This document shows positions 9,332 to 18,946 of a stretch of DNA of 64,000 bases, one piece after another. Below the pieces are notes generated by a model. It had not been told where the DNA came from and ran no database searches. It saw only the letters and a program-made list of their open reading frames with translations. Source of the stretch: an uncultured candidate division Zixibacteria bacterium (lineage in GTDB: Bacteria; Zixibacteria; MSB-5A5; GN15; FEB-12); the NCBI GenBank assembly GCA_963664195.1, contig OY760907.1, positions 918,439 through 982,438 on the forward strand, read 5' to 3'. Position 1 is the first letter of the stretch, and each line of letters begins with the position of its first letter. The position numbers and the translations under genes are program-made.

Positions 9332-10258
9332 TCAGTCTTTTTGCCAAAACGCGTGACCTGAGTAGGTCATCGCGCTGTCGGGGAGAATGACCACGATTAG
9401 ACCAGATGTCATCTCGCGGGCCACTCTCAGCGCACAGACCACAGCCGCGGCGGAATTCAGCCCGAGCAGAAGCCCCTCGTTCCGCGCAAGCTCCCGTGCC
9501 ATGGCCGTGGCTTCCTCGCACGAAATCTGATAATGCCGATCTGCCAGGTTCGGATCATAGATGCCGTTTGTCTCAAGGTCGGATTCGCCCAGATGATATG
9601 ATACTAGTTGCACGTCGCTGAGTTCTTCTGCCAGACGGTGCCCCACGCCCATGAATGTACCGCCAGTGCCGAGTCCGGCCACAAAGTGCGTCACCTCGCG
9701 GTTGGTTTGCCTGAGGATCTCCAGGGCTGTGCCTCTATAGTGTGCCCGCCAATTGGCAGGGTTGCGATACTGGTCAGCTAAGTAATACGCCTGTGGACTC
9801 AAATGGTACAACAGACGAGCCTCGGCTACGGCGCCCGCAAGACCATCCAGCGGATCGGTGAAAATCACCTCTGCACCGCAGGCTTTGACTGCCTGTAAAA
9901 GGCGGCTGTCGACATTCTCCGGCATCACGAGCTTCACTCGATAACCCGCCGCGGCCCCGATCACGGCGTAGGCGACTGCACTGTCACCGGAGGCGGCATC
10001 GAGAATCATCCTGGCATGATTCAAGCTGCCTGAACGCTCACCTTCTTTAATGATGTTTAGCACAGATCGGTCTTTCGCCGAACCGCCCGGATTGAGCCAT
10101 TCGGCTTTCCCGCAGATTTTCACCGGCGGCACCTGACCGGCGATTCTGCTCAAGTCCAGGAGCGGTGTATTCCCCACAGCGTCGAGCACACCGATTCGTC
10201 GGTCGGAAGTGCGGCCGGAAGCTCGCGGACGTACTTGCCCCGCCCTCTGTTCTTCCAT
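9332..10258 (-). CDS. PLP-dependent cysteine synthase-family enzyme (CysK/CysM-like)
   Basis: 'GGSAKDR' carries the PLP-binding Lys. The glycine loop is 'AGLGTGGT'. The N-terminus is uncertain and a GTG start is possible. Confidence 0.75.
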   Translation of the reverse strand: MEEQRAGQVRPRASGRTSDRRIGVLDAVGNTPLLDLSRIAGQVPPVKICGKAEWLNPGGSAKDRSVLNIIKEGERSGSLNHARMILDAASGDSAVAYAVIGAAAGYRVKLVMPENVDSRLLQAVKACGAEVIFTDPLDGLAGAVAEARLLYHLSPQAYYLADQYRNPANWRAHYRGTALEILRQTNREVTHFVAGLGTGGTFMGVGHRLAEELSDVQLVSYHLGESDLETNGIYDPNLADRHYQISCEEATAMARELARNEGLLLGLNSAAAVVCALRVAREMTSGLIVVILPDSAMTYSGHAFWQKD

Positions 10259-10379
10259 ACAGGTGTTACGCCTCTCGGAGCGAGAGGGATTGAAACGAGG
10301 CGAACAATGCGACAGACAGAGAAGACCCGACGCACCATAAGGTCCGCCGGGTTACCGTCTATCGAATGTCTCAGGCCAG

Positions 10380-11852
10380 CTACCGAAGATTGCGCAGCAT
10401 CGCAAAGAAAGGCTGCCAGTCTTTGATCACAACCGGCTTCTGATCAAACAGCTTCGCGTCGGCCTCGTCGAGTCTTGACTTGTCGATCATCACAAGCAAC
10501 ACGTTCTGGTCGAACCAATTATCGTACATCGTCCAGTACCCGTTGTTGCCCTTGCTGCTGCCCCAGGAGTTCTCCACCAACCATTTGCGCGGCACACCCG
10601 CCGAAGTTGTATCGGCACCCGTAATCGCCATGGCATGGTTGGGAGACATGTCCCAGTAATTGATCCGGTCTTCCTTGGTAAGATTGAAGTCCAACCCGAA
10701 CGTAGCGTTGTAGTCATAGATGTTGATGGCAAACATACCGGAGTCATTGAAATTATCCGCACCGACATCGCACGCGAACCAGACAATCTGACTGTCAAGG
10801 AGCGACTCGAAAGTGTACTTCTTCAGCTTCTCAATCGGCATATTCAACAGCTGCATGTCCGACCCCTCAAAGAGTATACGGCCGATCTCAAACTCGTACA
10901 GCTTGTCGAATTCCCTGGCCGGGTTGTGACAGAGCGCCACATACTCCGGCATCTCCTCGCCGTAGAACTCGCTGTAGAACCCCATCGGCGTGTAGCTCTT
11001 CTCAACCAGGACTTTCTTTTCCTCAGGCTCTTCGGCCTCAGAGGTTGAATCGGCAGTTGAGTCTGCGGTCTCAGCCTCGATCTTCTCCTCATAACGGAAG
11101 ACAAACTCTTTCGGCGGATGACCGTAATTGCAGACCAGCAGACGGTAGACATCGCTGAGGATTTCGGATTTGAGTTTACGAAGGTCATCGATGCTTTTAC
11201 CATCGGCATGGAGACGCCTCATATCGGCGGCACCCTTGCGCAACAGCGTGTTGATCAGGCTGTTTTGTCGACCAGTCTTCGAGGACTGTTCTGTTTCCGG
11301 CATAGCCGAGGCTGGCACGATACCGTACTTGGCAATCAATCCCTCGAAATAGTTCCACCACCCGCCGTCGCCAACCGCATACTCAAGTATGTTCATCATC
11401 GAGCGATCATCGAGAGGCTTGTCGCGAAGCCGGATTATCTCCTCGAGAAACATGTTGGACTTTTCGATCTTGTCCCAGAACGACAGATACGATTCGGACA
11501 GCGCGAAATCCGACAGGTCGAGCTTGCTCATGACCCTTGGAGTAATGCAATTGGCCCCGGCGAACATCCAGCATCGGCCGCTGCTTTTCTGGTTGATGAT
11601 TTTGGAACCGTCGACCTTGACGTTGAACCGGCTGTCGAATCCGGCGACCAACTCGCGATTGAGCGAGAGCTTCTTAATATCGTTGTTGGTGACAGCATTG
11701 ATGACGCGATTGATGTCTTTGTCTTTGGCCAGGTTGGCCTCGAATTTGGCGAGCATATCGGTACTTACCGCGCCTTTGTCATCGGCTAATGCGAACGTAG
11801 CGCACATAGCGACGAGGGCGGCAATGGTGATGAGGCTGCGACGGATATTCAT
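10380..11852 (-). CDS. Papain-family C1B aminopeptidase (PepC/bleomycin-hydrolase-like) with a Sec signal peptide
   Basis: 'QKSSGRCWMFAG' contains the catalytic Cys. The signal peptide is MNIRRSLITIAALVAMCATFALA. The longer ORF that starts at 11954 would overlap the IS remnant. Confidence 0.8.
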   Translation of the reverse strand: MNIRRSLITIAALVAMCATFALADDKGAVSTDMLAKFEANLAKDKDINRVINAVTNNDIKKLSLNRELVAGFDSRFNVKVDGSKIINQKSSGRCWMFAGANCITPRVMSKLDLSDFALSESYLSFWDKIEKSNMFLEEIIRLRDKPLDDRSMMNILEYAVGDGGWWNYFEGLIAKYGIVPASAMPETEQSSKTGRQNSLINTLLRKGAADMRRLHADGKSIDDLRKLKSEILSDVYRLLVCNYGHPPKEFVFRYEEKIEAETADSTADSTSEAEEPEEKKVLVEKSYTPMGFYSEFYGEEMPEYVALCHNPAREFDKLYEFEIGRILFEGSDMQLLNMPIEKLKKYTFESLLDSQIVWFACDVGADNFNDSGMFAINIYDYNATFGLDFNLTKEDRINYWDMSPNHAMAITGADTTSAGVPRKWLVENSWGSSKGNNGYWTMYDNWFDQNVLLVMIDKSRLDEADAKLFDQKPVVIKDWQPFFAMLRNLR

Positions 11853-11951
11853 ACGAAGGTCCTTTCGGTGCAAGTTGATACCGGACGGGAATATAGCGAA
11901 TAGGGTGAATTCTGACAACGGGTTTGTGTGGAAGGCGATGAACGATACCAT

Positions 11952-12271
11952 CACTTCGGTTTGCGGTCGAGCTCCGCCTGGGCAAAAAAAGCTGAAGCTT
12001 TGCGAAGTATCTCATTCGCACGCTTCAACTCTCGATTCTCCCGCTCCAGTTGCTTGAGCCGCTCACGCTCCGACGTGGTCAACCCGGGAAGGCGACCAGC
12101 ATCTCGCTGAGCCCGAACCACCCACTTCCTCAGAGTCTCCGCGGAGCAACCTATCTTCTGTGCTATCGACTGGATGGCCGATCACTGAGAGCTATACTCT
12201 CCAAGATGCTCCTCGACCATACGTACGGCCCGTTCCCGGACCTCCGGTGAATACCCGCTTGCTCTTGCCAT
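11952..12271 (-). mobile_element. IS3-family transposase OrfA remnant (frameshifted or nonsense, no OrfB)
   Basis: It begins ATG MARASGYSPEVRERAVRMVEEHLGEYSSQ and hits a TGA. A second frame then reads …[75 protein letters not shown], a classic IS3 OrfA HTH and leucine zipper. No DDE OrfB follows it. Confidence 0.6.
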
Positions 12272-12544
12272 GACTGTAATCTCTCACATTATTCACCCTC
12301 CGGCAACTCTGGGCGGTTCAGGAATCGATTTCATCAGGTGCTCGCCCAAGAGATAACGGGATATCCACTCTGTTACCAAGAGCAGAACGATTGCTTCAGA
12401 GTGGGGACATTGCGATTCGCTCGCAATTGCCTAACAAGGAATACTTGACAATACAGATGTTTCGGTTCGACCCTGGAGAAAGCCCCTGCGGCTAGCAGGA
12501 GCTTTCCAATGACGATGTGAAATACCCAGTACTACGGGTCCTCT

Positions 12545-12685
12545 TCACACTTTGCTGTAGGTGGTGCCATTGCACTTGGGGCACGGCGGAAGCTTGTCGT
12601 CGGTGTCATCCAAGGTCACAGTAGTACCGCACTTGGTGCACTTGTACGTGCCTTTGCCTGGTTTTTCACCTGTCGTTGGACACAT
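12545..12685 (-). CDS. Small zinc-ribbon protein (46 aa; CxxC…CxxC)
   Basis: A GGAGAAGG RBS precedes the ATG. The protein reads MCPTTGEKPGKGTYKCTKCGTTVTLDDTDDKLPPCPKCNGTTYSKV. It falls below the ORF-track length cutoff. Confidence 0.5.
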   Translation of the reverse strand: MCPTTGEKPGKGTYKCTKCGTTVTLDDTDDKLPPCPKCNGTTYSKV

Positions 12686-13013
12686 AGGCCTTCTCCTTTC
12701 TAAGCCATGGGCAGAAGGTAATCAGCCGCCCAATTCGCTCTGCTTAGTGTTCTATACACAAATCGCCCGCACTGTTGTCGTCGATAGCAGATCAAATGAG
12801 TGATGTCAATCACATTCCTCCGACAGTCGACCCGAAGAGACCGGCAGACCTCTTGTGTCCGGGACAGCCCCTGGGCCACGCGGGACGAGTCGGAGAGTGG
12901 CGGGTTCGAAGACAGACCCGCCCTACAACAGAATCCCAGCCGCCCCCCCCTAACCCCCTGCTATACCTACAGCTTTGACGGTTCCTGTCGATATACCTCG
13001 ATAAGGAACTGTT

Positions 13014-14381
13014 ATGCCCGAAAAAGCGATTTTCTACGGTGATATAGTCAACAGGAAGCAACGTCGGCGTATCCGCGATACCTATCCGGGCCACGTAGAT
13101 GATATCCTGTGGCATGACGCACCAGACATGTTTGAATCCAACGGCGAAAGGTCCGTGGTGTTTGTCGATCTCGATGATCCGGCGTTCGCCGATCCGGGGT
13201 TTTTGCTCTCCATTTCGACCGCCGGGCAGATGGTCAAACTTATTGGCAAATCGACAGATACTTCCACAGAACAGGCCCGCGAAGTCGCCCGGCTGGGCGT
13301 CTCAGAGCTGCTGACCTCGGATGAGTGTCTGGAACGTCTGGAAGCTATCCTCAAGGAAGCAGAGAAAATCCCCGCTACCTCCGACCAACAAGAAGTATCG
13401 AGATACGGAATCGACGCCCTTATCGGAGTGTCGGAGCAGATTGGGGAAATTCGCAGTACCATCAGTCTGTTGTCCGAGGTCGATTTTCCCAGCGCTCTTG
13501 TCCTGGGCGACACCGGCACTGGCAAGAGTCTTATTTCAAAGATCCTGCACAATTCAGGAACGCGTGCCAGGCATAATCTGGTCGAGGTCAACTGCTCTGC
13601 CATTCCCGATGAACTGTTTGAAACCGAGTTGTTTGGTCATGCCAAGGGCGCTTTCACCGACGCCAAAAAAGAGAAGCAGGGACTGTTCGAGTACGCCGAG
13701 GGCGGAACGCTGTTTCTTGACGAGGTGGGCAACCTCTCAGCCTCGGCGCAGGCAAAACTACTGAAGGTTGTCGAGGACAAGAAACTCCGCAAGGTGGGCA
13801 GCGTCACCGACAAGGATATTAATGTGCGAGTGGTCGCGGCCACGAATCTCAATCTTGAAGCCGCCGTCCAGGCCGGGTCGTTTCGTGATGATCTTTTCTA
13901 CCGGCTCAACCTTCTGACGCTTGAAATTCCCCCGCTCTGCGAAAGACCGGATGATATCCCCGAGTTGATCACGCACTACCTGAGCTATTACTCGACCAAC
14001 TACGGCAAACCCTACATTGTAGTAGATGAAGCCGCAACCAATCAACTGAAAAGCTATCACTGGCCCGGAAATGTGCGTGAGTTGTGCAATATCCTCGAAC
14101 GGGCCGTGTTGCTCAGCCGCGACGGCACAATTGGCGTCAACAACATCGGGGCAGCTTTCACCAACAGCCGTATCAGTGCCGCCGACCGCCAGCAATTGGT
14201 GATAGACATTCCGCCGCAGGGCCTCACGCTTCAGGAAGTCGAGCAAAATGTCGTGAAGCAGATTCTCAACATGTTCGACTGGAACAAGTCGCAGGCTTCG
14301 AAATTCCTCGGCATCTCTCGTCCGCGCCTGAGGCGCATCATCGCAGCCGCCGGACTGGAACAAGACAGACGTCAGGTGTAA
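13014..14381 (+). CDS. Sigma-54-dependent transcriptional activator (AAA+ with the GAFTGA-type motif, C-terminal HTH) and an atypical N-terminal pseudo-receiver
   Basis: Walker A is 'GDTGTGKS', the sigma-54 contact motif is 'GHAKGAFTDA', the arginine finger is 'ELCNILER', and the C-terminal Fis-type HTH is 'SQASKFLGISRPRLRR'. Confidence 0.9.
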   Translation: MPEKAIFYGDIVNRKQRRRIRDTYPGHVDDILWHDAPDMFESNGERSVVFVDLDDPAFADPGFLLSISTAGQMVKLIGKSTDTSTEQAREVARLGVSELLTSDECLERLEAILKEAEKIPATSDQQEVSRYGIDALIGVSEQIGEIRSTISLLSEVDFPSALVLGDTGTGKSLISKILHNSGTRARHNLVEVNCSAIPDELFETELFGHAKGAFTDAKKEKQGLFEYAEGGTLFLDEVGNLSASAQAKLLKVVEDKKLRKVGSVTDKDINVRVVAATNLNLEAAVQAGSFRDDLFYRLNLLTLEIPPLCERPDDIPELITHYLSYYSTNYGKPYIVVDEAATNQLKSYHWPGNVRELCNILERAVLLSRDGTIGVNNIGAAFTNSRISAADRQQLVIDIPPQGLTLQEVEQNVVKQILNMFDWNKSQASKFLGISRPRLRRIIAAAGLEQDRRQV

Positions 14382-14571
14382 CGCCGGAACAAATCGTTCC
14401 AATTGCCGATTTTCTCCCGTAACTCGCTATCTCTCAACCTATTGGATTCGCTGGACCGTCTCAGGGGTGGTTCGAGACGTGACATTAAGCCATTTTGAGG
14501 CAATTCGCAGTCCGACTCGTCGAGACCGATAAGGCCAACGGTCACACAGCGTTGCGGCGAGACTAGAAGCA

Positions 14572-14587
14572 CGGCACGGCGATTGCA
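14572..14587 (+). promoter_or_regulatory. Candidate sigma-54 promoter (cGGCACG-N4-TTGCA)
   Basis: The -24 GG and -12 GC are at the correct spacing, about 60 nt upstream of the lipoprotein gene and just downstream of the activator gene. Confidence 0.5.
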
Positions 14588-14648
14588 AGTGGAATCACTG
14601 TCGATCTGACAATAATGCTATTTGAGATACTCGCAAAGGAGTTTCCTG

Positions 14649-15191
14649 ATGACCAGAACCAACTCGCTCAAGCTCAACACCGCGACCTTCGCCCTCGTGA
14701 TCTTCGCTCTTCTGGCAGTTGTTGGTTGTTCTAACAACCCGATTGCCAACGACCCTCAGACTGCTGAGCCGCAAGTCTTGAGCCGTGTCGGTCGAACTGT
14801 CGGAACCGCTTCCGCCTCGCCGATCAACCTTTATACCGAACAGGTCATATCCGCCAGTGAGGGCGGCACACTGACCCTGCTCGACGTTGTCCTTGATATC
14901 CCGGCCGGCGCAGTACCGCAGGATACCGTATTTTCCATTATGATACCGGACGATGAGATATTCTACAATGAGTTCGGTACCGACGGTCTCAAGTTTGACA
15001 AGCCGGTCACGGTTACTATGTCCTACCGCAACGCCGATTTGAGCGGTATCAAGGAATCGACTATCCGCATAGGTTACTTGAATGAGAGCACGGGCGTGTG
15101 GCAGGATATGGTATGTACTCTTGATCGGGTCAACAAGACCGTCACCGCACAGCTGTACCATTTCTCCGCCTACGGCCTGATTTCGGACTAA
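14649..15191 (+). CDS. Lipoprotein of unknown function
   Basis: An AAGGAG RBS is present. The signal peptide plus lipobox reads LAVVGC-S. The longer ORF beginning at 14622 has no RBS. Confidence 0.7.
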   Translation: MTRTNSLKLNTATFALVIFALLAVVGCSNNPIANDPQTAEPQVLSRVGRTVGTASASPINLYTEQVISASEGGTLTLLDVVLDIPAGAVPQDTVFSIMIPDDEIFYNEFGTDGLKFDKPVTVTMSYRNADLSGIKESTIRIGYLNESTGVWQDMVCTLDRVNKTVTAQLYHFSAYGLISD

Positions 15192-15240
15192 TTAAGACAG
15201 TAATCGGATTTACCTCTTAAGAAAGAAGTGACTAAGTAGC

Positions 15241-16314
15241 ATGAAGATAGATACTACAGAACGGTCGGGGATTGACTTCCGCCGAGAGATCAAAGACGGT
15301 CCCGCACTGTTGGAACTGGCCCGAGGCTGGCTGAAGCAGGGAAACACGGTGGTAGCTTTGGAACTACTACAGTCTGCCCTGGAATCGCCCGAAGCTGAGC
15401 GGCTGACCGACATCCGTGCGAAGGTCCTCAAAGAGACCGGGCGCGCCCTGATGATGCAGTCCGACTGGGACAGAGCAGACTCACATTACCTGGAAGCCCA
15501 GCGCCTGTTCCTCTCAGACGAGGACTACCGGGGAGCCTCCGAGTGTGCACGCAACCGGGCTAACATGTTCTTCCAGCAGGGCAAGTTTGCCGAATCCGGT
15601 AACCTCTGCGAAACCGCCCTCGAATGGGCATCAACGATCAAAGACTATGAGCTTCGCGCCACGATCCTCAACACGCTGGCAGCAATCAACTCCTCTACCG
15701 GCGAACATCGCGAGGCCCTCCAAACCTTTAAGCTCTGTTTGGCTGACTTCCGAAGCGCCGGCAACATCCTCCGCCAGGGTTATGTCCTGCTCAATCTCGG
15801 TCTGACCCACATTGATCTAAGCGAGTTCCCGGAGGCAATCAACAGCCTCAACGAAGCTCTCGCTATCGCTATGACTGAAAGAGACTTGCACCTGGTGGAA
15901 ATATGCTACCAGAACATCTCCAAGTGCTATCTGGAGCAGAACGAAACCATGCTGGCCAAGTCAGTGATCGATACTGCCCGCAAGATCCTTCCGGGTCTCA
16001 ACTCCGCAGCTCTCGAGACTGAACTCAACGTAATTGACTGCAAGATCCTGCGACTGATGGGCGATTTCAACACCGCGCTTGCACTTGCGAACACCACGTA
16101 TGAACAGGCAGTCGAGAACAAGTTGGCGGCCATCCAGGCTGATGTCCTGTTTGAGCAGGGTCATCTGTACAAGCAGATTGGAAATCGCTGCCTGGCAATC
16201 GCGAAATTCAACGCCGCTGCGCAGCAATATCGCCAGATTGACATGGATAAGGGATTCCGTGATTCTATTCAGGCGGTGGAGCATCTGGAAAAAGGAGCCG
16301 ATAGGAGACTGTAG
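15241..16314 (+). CDS. TPR-repeat protein
   Basis: The translation contains multiple 34-aa TPR-like helical repeats. Confidence 0.8.
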   Translation: MKIDTTERSGIDFRREIKDGPALLELARGWLKQGNTVVALELLQSALESPEAERLTDIRAKVLKETGRALMMQSDWDRADSHYLEAQRLFLSDEDYRGASECARNRANMFFQQGKFAESGNLCETALEWASTIKDYELRATILNTLAAINSSTGEHREALQTFKLCLADFRSAGNILRQGYVLLNLGLTHIDLSEFPEAINSLNEALAIAMTERDLHLVEICYQNISKCYLEQNETMLAKSVIDTARKILPGLNSAALETELNVIDCKILRLMGDFNTALALANTTYEQAVENKLAAIQADVLFEQGHLYKQIGNRCLAIAKFNAAAQQYRQIDMDKGFRDSIQAVEHLEKGADRRL

Positions 16315-16365
16315 ACAGGCAACGAACACCTGCTGCAGTTACTCAGACCGGAAAGACAGGACAGC

Positions 16366-18219
16366 ATGCACCACCTGAGCGCCACAAACGCCGATACGGA
16401 CTGGGCGAGGACAATAGACAACCTGTTGACCCTGGCCAAGGAGGCCAGCCAGTCGTTCGACTTCGACCGCGCAATCGAATATCTCTGTAACCTCGAGAGA
16501 ATCTGGGATTCCAAGGGACTCCCGGATTTCTCCATGGAACTGAGAGTCGAATTACACCGGGAGAAGGGGAAGGCGTTTACGAAGCTCGGAAAGCTCGATG
16601 AGGCAATCAACGAGTACCAGCGTATCCTCAAGTTTTGCCAGGATTCCAACCAGCTTGAGGCCAAGTCCGAGACCTTCACACAAATCGGACAACTCCTGAG
16701 CAAACAAGGCGACCATGAGCGCGCGCTCGGCTATCACCAGCGGGCAATCGGCGCCTATCGCAGGCTCAGGGACAACACTGGCATGTGCAAGGCACTCCGC
16801 AACCTGGGCGTCAGCTATATTGAATTGGGTGAATTCGAGGAGGCCGAAGACACCTACCAGCAGGCGATTGAAATCGCTGAGCAACTCGGTGACCGTCTGC
16901 TGTATGCTGATCTCGTCAACAACCTTGGCGCGATCCTCAACATGAAGGGCAATTGGGAAGAGGCTCTGGACAAGTACCAGGTGTCATTGGAGATTTATGC
17001 CGCAGAGAACGAAATCAGAAAAAGCGGCTATGCCAAGAACAATGTCGCGATTACCTTCAACGAGCAGGGAATGCACGACGAGGCGTTCACGTATTTCCGG
17101 TCCGCCTATGATATCGCCAATCAGATCAACGACGCCTCCCTGGCGCTCATTGTCGATATCAATCTGGCGGATTTGTATCTGAAGAAGCGGATGCTCTCCG
17201 AGGCCAAGTCTCACTGTGAGAAGGCCGAACAACACCTCACCGGGTCCAACCTCACTAACGGTCACCTGATCGAGGTTAAGATGATCGCCGGAAAGATCGC
17301 CACGCACGAAAAGGATCACAACACGGCAGTGAGCCATTTCAACGAAGCGTTCGATTTGTGTCGCGAAATCGGCGCCCGGTTCCTTGAGGCCGAAGTTCTT
17401 CTTGAACGCGGTACCCTGCTGCGGATACTGGGAAAACACTTCGACGCGCTCAACGATCTTGAGGCATCATACCATCTCTATTCCTCCCTCAAAGCCGAAG
17501 GAAAACGGGAGCAGACCGAAAAGGTCATCAAATCTATCGAAACCTTGTACCTCGAAGTCTTTGACTCAATGGGCAAAGAGGTGGATCACAAGGATAAGTA
17601 CACCAAGGGTCACTCTGATCGTGTGGCCTCTCTCGCACTCCTGCTCGCCCGCGAGTTGGGGCTTCGGAGTCACGTGCTCAAAACGATCGTCGCCGGCGCG
17701 CTGCTCCACGATATCGGCAAAATCGAAGTTGACGACTCGATACTGAAAAAGGCCGGACGGCTCACCGACGAAGAATTCGTGCAAATCAAAAAGCACCCCG
17801 AGATGGGCGTGGAACTCCTGCGTGGCAAAGAATTCCCGTGGGAAATCAAACCGCTGGTCCTGCACCATCACGAGAAGTATGACGGTTCCGGCTACCCTCT
17901 CGGCCTCAAAGGTGAAGACATCCCACTCGGTGCAAGAATTGTCTGTGTGGCGGACGTGTTCGACGCACTCACCTCGGACCGGGTCTACCGTAAGGCGTTT
18001 GACACAGAGAAGGCTCTGGATATCATGAAGCAGGAATCGGGCTCCTCATTTGATCCCATGATCCTGAAGTGCTTCATAGAAATGATTGACGGCGGCAAGG
18101 CCAATCTCGTGATCAACTCACGCACACGCGAGAACGAGATGTACAGCATATGGTCGAAGTGTAGCAACATAGACGGACAGCCGCTTGACGAATCCGGCCG
18201 CATCCCCGTAACTCACTGA
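16366..18219 (+). CDS. TPR-repeat protein fused to an HD-GYP domain (c-di-GMP phosphodiesterase family)
   Basis: The N-terminal roughly 400 aa are TPR repeats. The C-terminus carries 'HDIGKI…' and 'HHEKYDGSGYP', the HD and GYP motifs. Confidence 0.9.
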   Translation: MHHLSATNADTDWARTIDNLLTLAKEASQSFDFDRAIEYLCNLERIWDSKGLPDFSMELRVELHREKGKAFTKLGKLDEAINEYQRILKFCQDSNQLEAKSETFTQIGQLLSKQGDHERALGYHQRAIGAYRRLRDNTGMCKALRNLGVSYIELGEFEEAEDTYQQAIEIAEQLGDRLLYADLVNNLGAILNMKGNWEEALDKYQVSLEIYAAENEIRKSGYAKNNVAITFNEQGMHDEAFTYFRSAYDIANQINDASLALIVDINLADLYLKKRMLSEAKSHCEKAEQHLTGSNLTNGHLIEVKMIAGKIATHEKDHNTAVSHFNEAFDLCREIGARFLEAEVLLERGTLLRILGKHFDALNDLEASYHLYSSLKAEGKREQTEKVIKSIETLYLEVFDSMGKEVDHKDKYTKGHSDRVASLALLLARELGLRSHVLKTIVAGALLHDIGKIEVDDSILKKAGRLTDEEFVQIKKHPEMGVELLRGKEFPWEIKPLVLHHHEKYDGSGYPLGLKGEDIPLGARIVCVADVFDALTSDRVYRKAFDTEKALDIMKQESGSSFDPMILKCFIEMIDGGKANLVINSRTRENEMYSIWSKCSNIDGQPLDESGRIPVTH

Positions 18220-18428
18220 CATTCCGGCTATCGGACTTCCTGTACGCCGAACGATCATGTACCCAAATCGAGAATCCTACCGGTCAAACTTCTCCTCTTT
18301 GTGTCGACATGTACACAAAAGAGCGGGCTGGACTATTAATCAGGGTTATACCGATAACCCGCGGGGCAAATCTTATGGCAGAGATCACTTGGCTATAGAC
18401 TCTCGAGACCGGGATCGAATCAATCGAC

Positions 18429-18779
18429 GTGCAGCACAAGCAGTTGATTGGTATCGTCAATGAGTTCGATCAGTCCTTCCGGCGGGGTGCAAAACGGGAG
18501 GCAATGGTCCAAGCACTCGACTCTCTGGAAGAGCACATCGATTATCATTTCACGGATGAAGAGCGGTTCATGCGGGAGATCGGCTATGATCGTCTCGACC
18601 TGCAGCTACGCGCTCACGAAGGTTTGAAACGTCAGGTCACCCGTCTCAGGGAAGAGTACGAAAAGGGTGAAACCACGGGAATCTCGGAAATGGCCGCCCT
18701 GCTGAGCCAGTGGCTTCTGCGGCACATCATGATTGACGACAAGGCCATAGGCAAATTCGCCGACGCCCTGCATCAATAA
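18429..18779 (+). CDS. Hemerythrin-like (bacteriohemerythrin) domain protein
   Basis: 'HIDYHFTDEE' and 'WLLRHIMIDDK' are hemerythrin His/Glu iron-ligand motifs. The start is GTG, with no in-frame ATG upstream after the stop. Confidence 0.7.
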   Translation: MQHKQLIGIVNEFDQSFRRGAKREAMVQALDSLEEHIDYHFTDEERFMREIGYDRLDLQLRAHEGLKRQVTRLREEYEKGETTGISEMAALLSQWLLRHIMIDDKAIGKFADALHQ

Positions 18780-18946
18780 CCGGGACCAGCCACACCCGTC
18801 ATCTTCGGTTCGCGGTGTGAATCGGGAGGGAACCTTGCCGCGCATCCACCGTTGTATTCGCCGTGGCGCTTTGCCTTTAAACCTAGTATAATACCTCCTT
18901 CAGATGGTCGAGGAGTTTAAGAGTCCGGCTGTAGTCATATCCATGT

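Noticed and set aside
11118-12057. Plus-strand ORFs of 223 aa and 222 aa
   Set aside because: They are antisense shadows of the C1B peptidase and of the IS3 remnant. They have no motifs and are low-complexity.
14595-15161. 188-aa minus-strand ORF
   Set aside because: It is antisense to the lipoprotein gene, which has an RBS, a lipobox and a sigma-54 promoter.
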